Assembly (NCBI GenBank): GCA_963702475.1
Contig: CAVPCT010000005.1
Span: 512,001-576,000 of the forward strand
DNA length: 64,000 nt
Origin: an uncultured Thermoleophilia bacterium
GTDB lineage: Bacteria; Actinomycetota; Thermoleophilia; UBA2241
Reading direction: 5' to 3'
Shown piece after piece: positions 43,792-53,911 of the stretch. The notes under the pieces were generated by a model. The model was not told where the DNA came from, searched no databases, and saw only the letters and a list, made by a program, of their open reading frames with translations. Numbering within the stretch: position 1 is the first letter of the stretch; each line of letters opens with the position of its first letter. The position numbers and the translations under genes were made by a program.

Positions 43792-45649
43792 TCAGACCTC
43801 GTCGACGCGGCCGGCCGCGCGCCGCCGCAGCAGCCACCACACCAGCACGCCGGCGACCACCACGACGGCGATCGAGACGCCGGCGATGGTCTCCGTGCTC
43901 CCGCCGCCGCCCTGCGCCGTCTCGGGGGCGGCCTTCGGCCCGACGCTGAGGTAGCTCTGGATCATCCCGTTGTAGAACACGGGGCCGTCCTCGTCGTAGT
44001 ACGGCGTCCAGCCCTCCCACTTCCGCGTGTTCACTGCCTGCAGGTAGTCGAAGTACGTGAGCACGTTCTGCGGGTTCTCGGCGTACATGACCTCCTGCAT
44101 GCGCCAGATCTGCTCGGCGCGTCTCTGCGGGTCGAGCTCCCGCCCCTGCTGCTCGCAGAGCTCGTCGTACTCGGCGTTGGACCAGTAGACCTCGTTCCAC
44201 CACCCGATCTGGCTGGTCGTGAAGCACTGCAGCGTCGAGCCGGGGTCGTAGTAGCCGTCCCAGAACCAGAGGATCATGTCGTAGTCCGGCGCCGGTGAGT
44301 CGCCCTTCCAGGCGTACATCGCGTCGCTGGCGACGCCGTTGTCCACGACCTCGAACGTGATCTTGAGGCCGATGCTCTCGAACCAGCCGGCGAGGAGCTT
44401 GCCCTCGCCCTGGGTCGAGGTGGACTCGGCCAGCGCCCACAGGCGCAGGGAGATGGGCTTGCCCTGCTTGTCCTCGCGCACGCCGTCGCCGTCGGTGTCC
44501 TTGTACCCGGCGGCGTCCAGCAACTGCTTGGCCTTCTCGGGGTCGAACGACCGCTGCACGCCCTCGGGCGGCTCCCAGTGGAAGTCCGGGTCACGCCAGG
44601 TGTCCGAGGTGATCATCGAGTAGCCGGCCTTGGCGCGACCGTTGTAGACGAGCTGGATGATGCGCTCGCGGTCGATGGCGTGGTCGAGCGCCACCCGGAA
44701 CGCCGGGTCGCGCAGCACGGGGTTCCCCCCGAGTCCGGGCCCTCGTAGCAGTTGAAGTCGACGTAGTCCCAGTTGATGTAGTTGTAGGCGATGGCCTTGA
44801 TGCCCGGGGCGCCCTGCAGGCCGGAGAACTGCGCAGAGGGCACGCCCTGGGCCGCGTCGATGGCGCCCGTGCGCAGGTCCTGCGCCATCGTGTCGGGGTT
44901 GGTGTACGCCTGGAAGATGATCTCGTCGACCTTGGGAGCGCCCCAGCCGGGCACGTCGTTGCCCCAGTAGTCCGGGTTGCGCACAAGCTTGGTGTAGTCG
45001 CCGCGCTTGTAGTACGTGATCTGGAAGGGGCCGCTGCCGACAATGGGCGTCTCGTTGGCGCTACTGCGCTCCAGCGCGGTCGGCTTGATCTTGCCCCACA
45101 CATGCTCGGGCAGGACGTACACGATCACGTAGAGCATGTCGGCCTTGGGAGACGACATGGTGAACCGCACGGTGGTGTCGTCGACCGCCTCGACGCGCTC
45201 GATGTCCTTGACCGCCTGCAGGTACGAGGTGAGCTCGTTGTCGATGATCAGGTTGTAGGTGAACGCCACATCCGCGGCGGTGAGGGGCTCACCGTCCTGC
45301 CACTTCACTCCCGGGCGCAGGTGGACCGTCCAGGTGAGGCCATCGGCCGAGATGCCGCCGTTCTCCTGCGTGGGCAGTTCGGTGGCGAGCTGCGGGATGG
45401 GCTTGCCCTCGAGGCCGAACCCGAAGAGCCGGTCGTACGTGAGGTACAGCACCTCTGCCGTGGCCGTCTCGACCCCGGTGAACGGGCTCAGGTTGTCGGG
45501 GTCAGCGGTCCAGCCGATGCGCAGCGTGACCTTGTCCGCGGGCAGACGCGGCCGGCGACGACGCACGCGACGTGGCGACGGCCGCGCACAGGCAGGCCGG
45601 TGACGGCCAGGACGGCCAGGGTGAGCATGGTCGCGGCGCGTGTGGTCAT
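43792..45649 (-). CDS. OppA/DppA-family solute-binding protein with a C-terminal TM anchor; frameshifts at about 44725 and 45545-45600
   Basis: LRPGVKWQDGEPLTAADVAFT, GSGPF, ALDHAIDR; C-terminal hydrophobic helix followed by RRR. Confidence 0.85.
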
Positions 45650-45702
45650 CGTGTCCCCCCGGACGACGTTGCCCGGCGCGGGCCAAGGCGATCGCGCCGG
45701 CA

Positions 45703-45714
45703 CAAAACGATTTG
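45703..45714. promoter_or_regulatory. LacI-type operator, copy 1
   Basis: CAAAACGATTTG, a near-palindrome with central CG, between the divergent SBP and LacI genes. Confidence 0.7.
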
Positions 45715-45790
45715 GGCACGCTCGTAACGATGCTATACACTCCACCCGTCCGCGGCAATCCCGTCCGCCGCGATCCCGTCCGCCGGAGCC

Positions 45791-46795
45791 GTGCCCAGGA
45801 ACGTCACCATCAGCGACGTCGCCCGCCTGGCGGGCGTGTCCACCACCACGGTGTGTCACGCCCTCGGAGGGCAGCGACCGGTGTCCCCGGCCACGCGCGA
45901 GAAGGTGCTTCACGCCGCGCACCGGCTGGGATACCGGCCGCACCCCGGCGCGCGCAGCCTCAAGGCGGCAGCCACCGGGGTGCTGGCGTTGTGCGTCACC
46001 AACGTCACGGGCGGCCCCCTGCCGCTCGCCGACATGGAGTACTACGTGCGCGTGATCAACGCGGCCACCCAGGCCGCGGTCGAGGAGCGGCTGGCGCTCG
46101 TGGTGGTGCCCGAGAGCGACGCCGAGCTGTACTGGGACCGTCTGCTGCTCGACGGCGCCATCGTGGTCGACCCAGTCTGCGGGGACCCCGCCGTGCGTGC
46201 GCTCGAGACCCGCGGCCTGCCGTACGTCACCGTCGGGCGCCGGCCCGACGCGCCAGACGAGGGCTATTGGGTGGACAACGACGCGGGCGCGGCGACCAGG
46301 CTTTGCCTCGACCATCTGGCCTCACGCGGAGCGACGGACATCGCAGCCGTGACATGGATGACCACCGACCACTGGACGCACGAGTGCGTACGCACCTACC
46401 ACGAGTGGTGCCGCGAGCAGCGCCGCCGCATCCGCGTGCAGGTCGTCGCGCGCGACGACGATGAAGCCCTCCGCGGCGCAGCCGAACGTCTGCTGACCGC
46501 GGACCGGCGGCCGGACGCCATCTGGTGCCTCGCCGAGCTGCCCGCCCTGTGGGTCCTGCGTGTGGCCGCGGAGCGCGGCGTGCGCGTGCCCGAGGACCTC
46601 ATGGTGACGGGGACCACCGACTTCGGCCTCGGCGCCACCAGCGAGCCGCCGCTCACATCGCTCGACTATCGAGCCGCCGAGCTCGGCCGCGAGGCGGCGC
46701 GGCTGCTCATCGGTCTGGTGCGCGGCAGCCCGCCGGCCGTGCCGCGTCTGGTCGTCCCGGCCACGCTCATCGAACGGCGCTCGACGGCGCGCTAG
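45791..46795 (+). CDS. LacI-family transcriptional regulator
   Basis: VTISDVARLAGVSTTTV, LGYRP, VRVPEDL, PPLTS. Confidence 0.93.
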   Translation: MPRNVTISDVARLAGVSTTTVCHALGGQRPVSPATREKVLHAAHRLGYRPHPGARSLKAAATGVLALCVTNVTGGPLPLADMEYYVRVINAATQAAVEERLALVVVPESDAELYWDRLLLDGAIVVDPVCGDPAVRALETRGLPYVTVGRRPDAPDEGYWVDNDAGAATRLCLDHLASRGATDIAAVTWMTTDHWTHECVRTYHEWCREQRRRIRVQVVARDDDEALRGAAERLLTADRRPDAIWCLAELPALWVLRVAAERGVRVPEDLMVTGTTDFGLGATSEPPLTSLDYRAAELGREAARLLIGLVRGSPPAVPRLVVPATLIERRSTAR

Positions 46796-46855
46796 ATCCG
46801 CCCCCGGCGCGCCCTGGCGCGGCGCGACCGCCACCCCGGCCCGCGGGCTCGGCCG

Positions 46856-48505
46856 CTACACCAGGCCACGGTACTCCGCAGCCGCGTACACCGCGGCGCC
46901 GCGGAAGAGGGTCAGACGCACCTCCGCCTCGTGGATGCGCTCGGGGGGCAGCCGCAGGATGTCCTCACTGAGCACCACCACGTCGGCCGACTTGCCCGGC
47001 GTCAGAGTGCCGGTCTCGTTCTCGAGGAAGTTGGCCCTGGCGCCGTTGACAGTGAAGGCGGCGACGAGCTCCGGCACGCTCGCCGCCTCCTCGGGCCAGA
47101 GCTGCGAGCTGGTCTCCGGCGCCAGCGGGTCGTAGCGCAGGGCGCCACGCTGGATGGCGAGCAGCGGGTCGGGCGGGGGCGACACAGGGTAGTCGCTCGC
47201 CCCCGCCACGAGCACGCCGTGGCGCAGCAGGCTCCCAAGGGGATACTGGCACGCGGCGCGGCGCTCACCCAGCAGCGGCCGATACAGCTGCGCATCGTAG
47301 GATGCGTCCTTGGCGAACCAGTACGGCTGCACGGCGGCCGTCACGCCGAGCGCGGCCATGCGCGCGTAGTCGGCGGGGTCCACGAGCTGCAGGTGGGTGA
47401 GGATGTCGCGGGCATCGTGTTCCCAACCGCGCGGGCGGACGGCGGCCACGGCGTCGAGACTCATCGAGACGGCGGCGTCTCCGATGGAGTGATAGTGCAG
47501 CTGGAAGCCGGCGGCCGCGGCGGCCGCGGAGACCTTCACGAGCTCCTCCGGCGCCCACAACGGCACGCCCCGGTCACCGGGGCGATCGACGTACGGCTCC
47601 TTCAGATAACCGGTGTGAGACTCGATCACGCCGTCCGCGAACAGCTTGACGGCGGCGGTGCGCACCAGCGGGCCCGTGTCGCGGGCCCGCTCCTCCACCG
47701 CCGCCTCCACCAGCTCCGCCGCCGGCCGGAGCGGGTCGAACTCGACCGAGAGACAGTACCGCGCCGTCAACTCGCCGGCCTCCTCCAGCGTGCGGTAGAC
47801 GCCGAACATCGCCTCGCCGGGCACAAGTCCGGCTTCGTGGAGCAGCGTGAGCCCGTACCGGGCCGCGACCTCGTCCTGGAAGCGCCGCAAGGCCGCAGCG
47901 ATGGCGGCGGCGTCGTACTGCGGCAGCGCCGCCTCCACCCACGGCCAGGCCTCGCGGAGCACACCTGAAGGCGCGCCGTCGGCGAGCCGCTCCACGACCG
48001 CCCCCTCCCAGCCAGGCTCGTCTGCACCGAGACCCAGCAGCCGAAGCGTCGCGCCGTTCACCCACTGCGTGTGCTGGCTGTCGTCGAACAGCGAGACGGG
48101 GCGGTCGGGCACCACGGCGTCGAGCACGGCCGCGGTCATGTCCGCCTCGCTGACCTGGGTCGGATACCACCCGTACCCGCGGACCACCGGGAGCTCCGGG
48201 TGCGCCGACGCGAAGCGCGCCACGGCACCGGCGCAGGCCGTGACCGACAGGCACCCCGAGAGATCCACCTCGTAGGCTGCACAGGTGCAGTACTTGGGGT
48301 GCAGGTGCGCATCGCAGAAGCCGGGCAGCACCAGGCGGCCGCCCAGGTCGACGACCGTCGTGCCGGCGTCGCGCAGCCTGCCCACCTCGTCCCGCGTCCC
48401 GACCGCCGCGATCCTGCCCCGCGTCACCGCGACGGCCTCGCACTCCGGCAGCGCCGGATCCTGCGTGCACACCCGGCCGTTCGTGAGGATCAGGTCGACG
48501 CCCAA
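46856..48505 (-). CDS. Amidohydrolase-3 (YtcJ/NfdA-like) metal-dependent hydrolase
   Basis: LPGFCDAHLH, KLFADG, HSIGD, THLQ, ASDYP, GKSAD; TTG start after GGAGG. Confidence 0.88.
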   Translation of the reverse strand: MGVDLILTNGRVCTQDPALPECEAVAVTRGRIAAVGTRDEVGRLRDAGTTVVDLGGRLVLPGFCDAHLHPKYCTCAAYEVDLSGCLSVTACAGAVARFASAHPELPVVRGYGWYPTQVSEADMTAAVLDAVVPDRPVSLFDDSQHTQWVNGATLRLLGLGADEPGWEGAVVERLADGAPSGVLREAWPWVEAALPQYDAAAIAAALRRFQDEVAARYGLTLLHEAGLVPGEAMFGVYRTLEEAGELTARYCLSVEFDPLRPAAELVEAAVEERARDTGPLVRTAAVKLFADGVIESHTGYLKEPYVDRPGDRGVPLWAPEELVKVSAAAAAAGFQLHYHSIGDAAVSMSLDAVAAVRPRGWEHDARDILTHLQLVDPADYARMAALGVTAAVQPYWFAKDASYDAQLYRPLLGERRAACQYPLGSLLRHGVLVAGASDYPVSPPPDPLLAIQRGALRYDPLAPETSSQLWPEEAASVPELVAAFTVNGARANFLENETGTLTPGKSADVVVLSEDILRLPPERIHEAEVRLTLFRGAAVYAAAEYRGLV

Positions 48506-48521
48506 GGAGCAACCTCCCGCA

Positions 48522-48533
48522 CAAATCGTTTTG
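48522..48533. promoter_or_regulatory. LacI-type operator, copy 2
   Basis: CAAATCGTTTTG, the exact reverse complement of 45703-45714, just upstream of the amidohydrolase RBS. Confidence 0.7.
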
Positions 48534-48773
48534 CCTACTGCGGCAGACCCTACCATGACCCGCCGGTATGTACTCTGAAGCCGTCGTGTCTTGGCTATTC
48601 CGTCCACCCATGCCCGCCGCAGCGCCTCGCCGGCCATCGCGCCGAGACGCCTCCGGCGGTCGATCCGGCTCTCAACACCGGTCCCATCCCGGCCTTCAGC
48701 CCCCGTTCGTTGGCCGCCGTGGCCCGGTCGCGCCGTCCGGTTTGTCCTGACCGGCGCATTTCGATTGACGGCG

Positions 48774-48805
48774 TGTGGACGCGTGCACAAGCGGGCGTCT
48801 ATACT
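48774..48805 (+). promoter_or_regulatory. Promoter of the hdr-met operon with a Rex-like operator
   Basis: TGTGGACGCGTGCACA (48774-48789) overlaps -35 TGGACG; -10 TATACT at 48800-48805. Confidence 0.65.
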
Positions 48806-48882
48806 TGCGGGACCAAAGCGGGCTTTCGTCTGTTGCTGCCCACTTTTCTGTCGGACCTGCCGCGTATCGCAAAGGAGTGCGT

Positions 48883-51800
48883 ATGTCGGGTTCACCACCC
48901 AAGTCCACCGGAGCTGCGCTCGTCGTGGGGGGCGGCGTCGCGGGCATCCAGTGTTCGCTTGACCTCGCCGAAGGTGGATACAAGGTCTATCTCGTCGAGA
49001 AAGCCCCCGCCCTGGGCGGCCACATGGCCCAGCTCGACAAGACCTTCCCCACCAATGACTGTGCCATGTGCACCCTGTCTCCCAAGCTCGTCGAGGCAGG
49101 TCGTCACCTCAACATCGACGTGGTCACGAACTCCGAGCTCATCGGCCTCGAGGGCGAGCCCGGCAACTTCACCGCGAAGGTCTTCCACCGCGCGCGCTTC
49201 GTCGACCCTGACAAGTGCACGAGTTGCGGCGAGTGCGCGCCGAAGTGCCCGGTGAAGGTGCCCGACAGCTACAACGAGGACCTCAACGAGCGCAAGGCCA
49301 TCTACAAGCTCTACCCGCAGGCCATCCCCAACACCTACGCCGTCACCAAGAAGGGGCATAGCCCCTGCAAGCGTGCATGCGCCGTGCACACGAGCGCGCA
49401 GGGCTACGTCGCGCTCATCGCCGACGAGCGCTTCGCCGAGGCGTACACGGTGGCCAGCGAACCCAACCCCTTCCCCGCCGTCTGCGGGCGCGTCTGCACG
49501 CACAAGTGCGAGACCGACTGCACGCGCGGGCAGATCGAGGCGCCCATCGCCATCGCCGGCCTCAAGCGTTTCGTGAGCGACTACGCCTACGACAACGTGC
49601 CGCTGCCCGACAAGGTCGAGGTCACGTTCAAGGAGAAGGTCGCCGTCGTCGGCGCCGGCCCCAGCGGCCTCACCGCCGCCCGCGACCTGGCGCTGCTCGG
49701 CTACGCCGTCACCGTGCTCGAGAGCAAGCCCGAGCCCGGCGGCATGCTGCGCTTCGGCATCCCCGAGTACCGCCTCCCCAAGGCCGCCCTGCAGCAGGAC
49801 ATCGACCGCGTCACCGCGCTTGGCGTCGACCTGCAGTGCGGCAAGACCGCCGGCGTGGACTTCACGGTCGACGGCCTCATGAAGAAGGACGGCGGCGGCT
49901 ACAAGGCCGTGTACCTCGCCGTCGGCCTCCAGGGCGGCCGCACGCTGCCCGTCCCCGGCGCGGACGCCAAGGGCGTCTTCGACGCGGTCGGCCTGCTCAA
50001 GGCCGCCACGCTGGGCGAGAGCGTCGACATGGGCAAGAACGTCGTCGTCATCGGCGGCGGCGACGTGGCCTTCGACGCCGGCCGCACGGCTCTGCGTCTG
50101 GGCGCCGAGAAGGTCACCATCAACTGCATCGAGGACGACCAGAGCGTGCCGGCGTCCGACGACGAGCTCACGGAGGGCCTGGACGAGGGCATCGCCTTCA
50201 ACTGTTCCTGCATGCCCTCGCAGATCATCACCGACGCCGACGGCCGCGCCTGCAAGGTCGAGTTCCTGGCCTGCTCGCTGGGCGAGCCCGACGCGCGCGG
50301 CTGGCGCCCGCCGGTGGCCATCACCGGCTCCGAGCACGAGCTGGACTGCGACACAGTCATCTTCGCCATCGGCCAGAGCATGGTCGAGGACTTCGTCGAG
50401 GGCGCCAAGGAGCTCAAGGTCGAGCGCGGCCAGATCCTCACCGACAAGGCCACCCTCGGCACCGGCGAGAAGGGCGTGTTCGCCGGCGGCGACTGCGCGG
50501 CTTCCGGCCCGTGGACGGCCATCGAGGCCGTCGCCGCGGGCCGCCGCGCCGCGCGCAGCATCCACAACTTCCTGCGCGGCGAGGACCTGCTCCCCCTCGA
50601 CGACTCCATGCTGGACGAGGCCAAGCCCGAGGACGCCATCCTCGAGCAGACCGCCGTCATGGCCCGCATGCAGATGCCGCACCTCCCCGGCGCCGCCCGT
50701 AAGATCACCTGGGACGAGGTCAACACCGGCTTCACCACCGAGCAGGCCGTCGCCGAGGCCAAGCGCTGCCTCGACTGCGCCATCTGCTCCGAGTGCATGG
50801 AGTGCGTCCGCGCCTGCGGCCCGGGCGCCCTGCTCCACGACGAGCGTGACGCCGAGTACACCTACGACGTCGGCGCCGTGGTCATGGCCACCGGCTACGA
50901 CCTCTACGACCCCGGTGAGAACAGCGAGTACGGCTACCGCCGCTACCCCAACATCTTCTCGTCACTCGAGTACGAGCGCATGCTGAGCGCCAGCGGCCCC
51001 ACCATCGGCGCCGTCAAGCGCCCGAGCGACGGCGCGCACCCCAAGAAGATCGCCTTCATCCAGTGCGTCGGCTCGCGCGACCAGGAGCACGAGTACTGCT
51101 CGAGCGTGTGCTGCACCTACGCCAACAAGCAGGCCATGCTCACCATCGACCACGAGCCGGACTGCGAACCCACCGTGTTCCTCATGGACATGCGCGCCCA
51201 GGGCAAGGGCTTCGACGCCTTCTACCAGCGCGCCCTCGACAAGGGCGTCAAGTTCGTGCGCTCGCGCCCGTCCTACATCAAGGAAGACCCGCTCACCAAC
51301 GACCTGCTGATCAGCTGGGAGGACGAGGGCGGCACGCTGCACGAGACGCGGTACGACCTCGTCGTGCTGTCGGCCGGCCTGGAGCCTGCGCGCAAGGCGC
51401 AGGAGGCGGCCGGCCACGTGGGCGTGGCCCTCAACCGCCACGGCTTCTGCCAGCTGCACGAGTTCAACCCGCTCGAGACCAGCCGCAAGGGCGTGTTCGT
51501 GGTGGGCCCGTTCGGCGAGCCCAAGGACATCCCCGACAGCGTGGCCAACGCCTCGGCCGCCGCGGCCCAGGTCATGACCGGCCTCGCCGACTCGCGCGGC
51601 ACGCTCACCGTGGACAAGGAGTACCCGGCCGAGAAGAACGTGGTCGGCGAAGAGCCGCGCGTGGGCGTCTTCGTGTGCCACTGCGGCAGCAACATCGCCG
51701 GCGTCATCGGCGTGGAGAGCGTGGCCGAGTACGCCGGCACGCTCCCCGGCGTGGAGTTCTCCACCGACACCATCTACACGTGCTCCTCGGACAGCCTCTC

Positions 51801-53331
51801 GCTCATCCGCGAGAAGATCGAGGAGCACAACCTCAACCGGGTCGTGGTCGCCAGCTGCACGCCGCGCACGCACGAGCCCATCTTCCAGGACACCCTGCGT
51901 GAGGCGGGCCTCAACCCGTTCCTCTTCGAGATGGCCAACATCCGCGACCAGGCGAGCTGGGTGCACGCCAAGGAGCCGGAGAAGGCCACGCAGAAGGCCA
52001 AGGAGCTCATCCAGATGAGCGTGGCCAGGGCCCGGCTCCTCGAGCCGCTGTTCAAGGTGGACGTACCGCTCACGCACGCCGCCGTCGTGGTGGGTGGCGG
52101 CGTGGCCGGCATGACGGCCGCCTCAGCGCTCGGTGAGATGGGCCACGAGGTCCACCTGGTGGAGCGCACCGGCAAGCTCGGCGGCCACGTGCTCGAGCTC
52201 GGCCACACCATCAAGAGCAACGACCCGGCCGAGCTGGTCAAGGACCTCGAGCAGCGTCTGGTCGACAACCCCAACGTCAAGATCCACCTCGACGCCGAGC
52301 TCGCCGACTTCCACGGCTTCATCGGCAACTTCTCGAGCACCATCGTCGAGGGCGACGGCAAGCGCACACCGGTCGATCACGGCGTGGTCATCGTGGCCAC
52401 CGGTGGCGTGGAGGACCGGCCGGAGGAGCTCTACGGCCTCGGCGCCAGCCCCAAGGTCATCACCGGCATGGACCTCGAGCGCATGCTCAAGGAGGACGAC
52501 CCGGCGCTCGCCGCCGTCAAGTCGGTCGGCTTCATCCTCTGCGCCAACTCGCTCGACGAGAGCCACCCCTACTGCTCGCGCACCTGCTGCCAGCAGAGCA
52601 TCAAGAACGCCATCGCGCTCAAGGAGAAGGACCCCAGGCGCAAGGTCTACGTGTGGTTCAAGGAGGTCCGTACCTTCGGCTTCCTCGAGGAGTACTACAC
52701 CAGGGCGCGCGAGCTGGGAGTCATCTTCACGCGCTACGACAACGACACCCTGCCCCAGGTCTCGGCCAACGGCAGCGTGAGCGTCAAGGCCCGCGACCCG
52801 TACCTGCGTCGCGACGTCGAGCTGCCGCTCGACTGCCTGGTGCTGGCCACGGCCACCACCGGCGCCGAGGGTGCGTCCGACCTCAGCAAGATGCTCAAGG
52901 TGCCGCTCACGGCCGACGGCTTCTACCTCGAGGCCCACGTCAAGCTGCGCCCGGTGGACTTCGGGTCCGAGGGCATCTTCCTCTGCGGCTCTGCCCACTA
53001 CCCCAAGAGCATCGAGGAGACCATCAGCCAGGCCTACGCCGCGGCCGGCCGCGCCGCCGCCATTCTCGCCAAGCCGGTCATCAAGGCCGGCGGCGTGGTG
53101 GCCGAGGTCGACCAGGACAAGTGCGCCGCCTGCCTCACCTGCGTCCGCATCTGCCCCTACGAGGTGCCGATCATCGATGTCGAGGCCAAGAAGGCCAAGA
53201 TCGAGGCGGCGGCCTGCCAGGGCTGCGGCGTGTGCGTCAGCGAGTGCCCCGTGAAGGCCATCACCCTGCACCACTACACCGACGCGCAGATCTTCGCGAA
53301 GGAAGAAGCGCTCTTCATGGAGGTGAGCTGA
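48883..53331 (+). CDS. hdrA: Large HdrA (HdrL-type): two HdrA modules plus an inserted GltD-like NAD(P)H/FAD domain, 1482 aa
   Basis: GGHMAQLDKTFPTNDCAMC, SPCKRAC/GRVCTHKCE, GAGPSG, FIQCVGSR..YCSSVCC, FVCHCG, ANIRDQ, YCSRTCC, EAHVKLRP, C-terminal 2x[4Fe-4S]. Confidence 0.93.
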   Translation: MSGSPPKSTGAALVVGGGVAGIQCSLDLAEGGYKVYLVEKAPALGGHMAQLDKTFPTNDCAMCTLSPKLVEAGRHLNIDVVTNSELIGLEGEPGNFTAKVFHRARFVDPDKCTSCGECAPKCPVKVPDSYNEDLNERKAIYKLYPQAIPNTYAVTKKGHSPCKRACAVHTSAQGYVALIADERFAEAYTVASEPNPFPAVCGRVCTHKCETDCTRGQIEAPIAIAGLKRFVSDYAYDNVPLPDKVEVTFKEKVAVVGAGPSGLTAARDLALLGYAVTVLESKPEPGGMLRFGIPEYRLPKAALQQDIDRVTALGVDLQCGKTAGVDFTVDGLMKKDGGGYKAVYLAVGLQGGRTLPVPGADAKGVFDAVGLLKAATLGESVDMGKNVVVIGGGDVAFDAGRTALRLGAEKVTINCIEDDQSVPASDDELTEGLDEGIAFNCSCMPSQIITDADGRACKVEFLACSLGEPDARGWRPPVAITGSEHELDCDTVIFAIGQSMVEDFVEGAKELKVERGQILTDKATLGTGEKGVFAGGDCAASGPWTAIEAVAAGRRAARSIHNFLRGEDLLPLDDSMLDEAKPEDAILEQTAVMARMQMPHLPGAARKITWDEVNTGFTTEQAVAEAKRCLDCAICSECMECVRACGPGALLHDERDAEYTYDVGAVVMATGYDLYDPGENSEYGYRRYPNIFSSLEYERMLSASGPTIGAVKRPSDGAHPKKIAFIQCVGSRDQEHEYCSSVCCTYANKQAMLTIDHEPDCEPTVFLMDMRAQGKGFDAFYQRALDKGVKFVRSRPSYIKEDPLTNDLLISWEDEGGTLHETRYDLVVLSAGLEPARKAQEAAGHVGVALNRHGFCQLHEFNPLETSRKGVFVVGPFGEPKDIPDSVANASAAAAQVMTGLADSRGTLTVDKEYPAEKNVVGEEPRVGVFVCHCGSNIAGVIGVESVAEYAGTLPGVEFSTDTIYTCSSDSLSLIREKIEEHNLNRVVVASCTPRTHEPIFQDTLREAGLNPFLFEMANIRDQASWVHAKEPEKATQKAKELIQMSVARARLLEPLFKVDVPLTHAAVVVGGGVAGMTAASALGEMGHEVHLVERTGKLGGHVLELGHTIKSNDPAELVKDLEQRLVDNPNVKIHLDAELADFHGFIGNFSSTIVEGDGKRTPVDHGVVIVATGGVEDRPEELYGLGASPKVITGMDLERMLKEDDPALAAVKSVGFILCANSLDESHPYCSRTCCQQSIKNAIALKEKDPRRKVYVWFKEVRTFGFLEEYYTRARELGVIFTRYDNDTLPQVSANGSVSVKARDPYLRRDVELPLDCLVLATATTGAEGASDLSKMLKVPLTADGFYLEAHVKLRPVDFGSEGIFLCGSAHYPKSIEETISQAYAAAGRAAAILAKPVIKAGGVVAEVDQDKCAACLTCVRICPYEVPIIDVEAKKAKIEAAACQGCGVCVSECPVKAITLHHYTDAQIFAKEEALFMEVS

Positions 53332-53332
53332 C

Positions 53333-53911
53333 ATGGCCGAGTCCGCGGCCGCCGTCGCGACGGCTGAGGCCGAGGCCGAAGCCCCGAAGAGAACGGTGGA
53401 CCCCGACTTCGAGCCCGAGGTCATCACGTTCGCGTGTCACTATTGCGCCTATGCGGCGGCCGACCTGGCCGGCAGCATGCGTCTGCAGTACCCGTCGAAC
53501 ATCCGCATGGTCAAACTGCCGTGCACGGGCAAGCTCGAGACGATCCACCTGCTCAAGGCCATCCAGGCCGGCGCCGACGGGGTATACGCCGCCGGCTGCC
53601 TCGAGGGCGAGTGCCACTACCTCAAGGGCAACCTGTGGGCGCGCCAGCGCGTCAACCACGTCAAGGAGCTCCTCAGCGAGCTCGGCATCGAGCCCGAGCG
53701 CGTGGAGATGTACAACATGTCGTCAGCCATGGGCGCCAAGTTCGCCGAGGTCGCGACCGAGTTCGTGAACCGCATCAAGGAGCTTGGCCCCAACCCCGTG
53801 AAGCGTGAGGGCGTGGACGTGCACGCCGCGGCCCGCGAGGCCGTCGGCGATGTGGCCATGCCGGACGACGCCGCCTCACCCGCCACCGTCCAGGAAGGAA
53901 CCGCAGAATGA
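53333..53911 (+). CDS. mvhD: MvhD/FlpD [2Fe-2S] subunit
   Basis: FACHYCAYAAAD, LPCTGK, GADGV, GCLEGECHY. Confidence 0.93.
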   Translation: MAESAAAVATAEAEAEAPKRTVDPDFEPEVITFACHYCAYAAADLAGSMRLQYPSNIRMVKLPCTGKLETIHLLKAIQAGADGVYAAGCLEGECHYLKGNLWARQRVNHVKELLSELGIEPERVEMYNMSSAMGAKFAEVATEFVNRIKELGPNPVKREGVDVHAAAREAVGDVAMPDDAASPATVQEGTAE

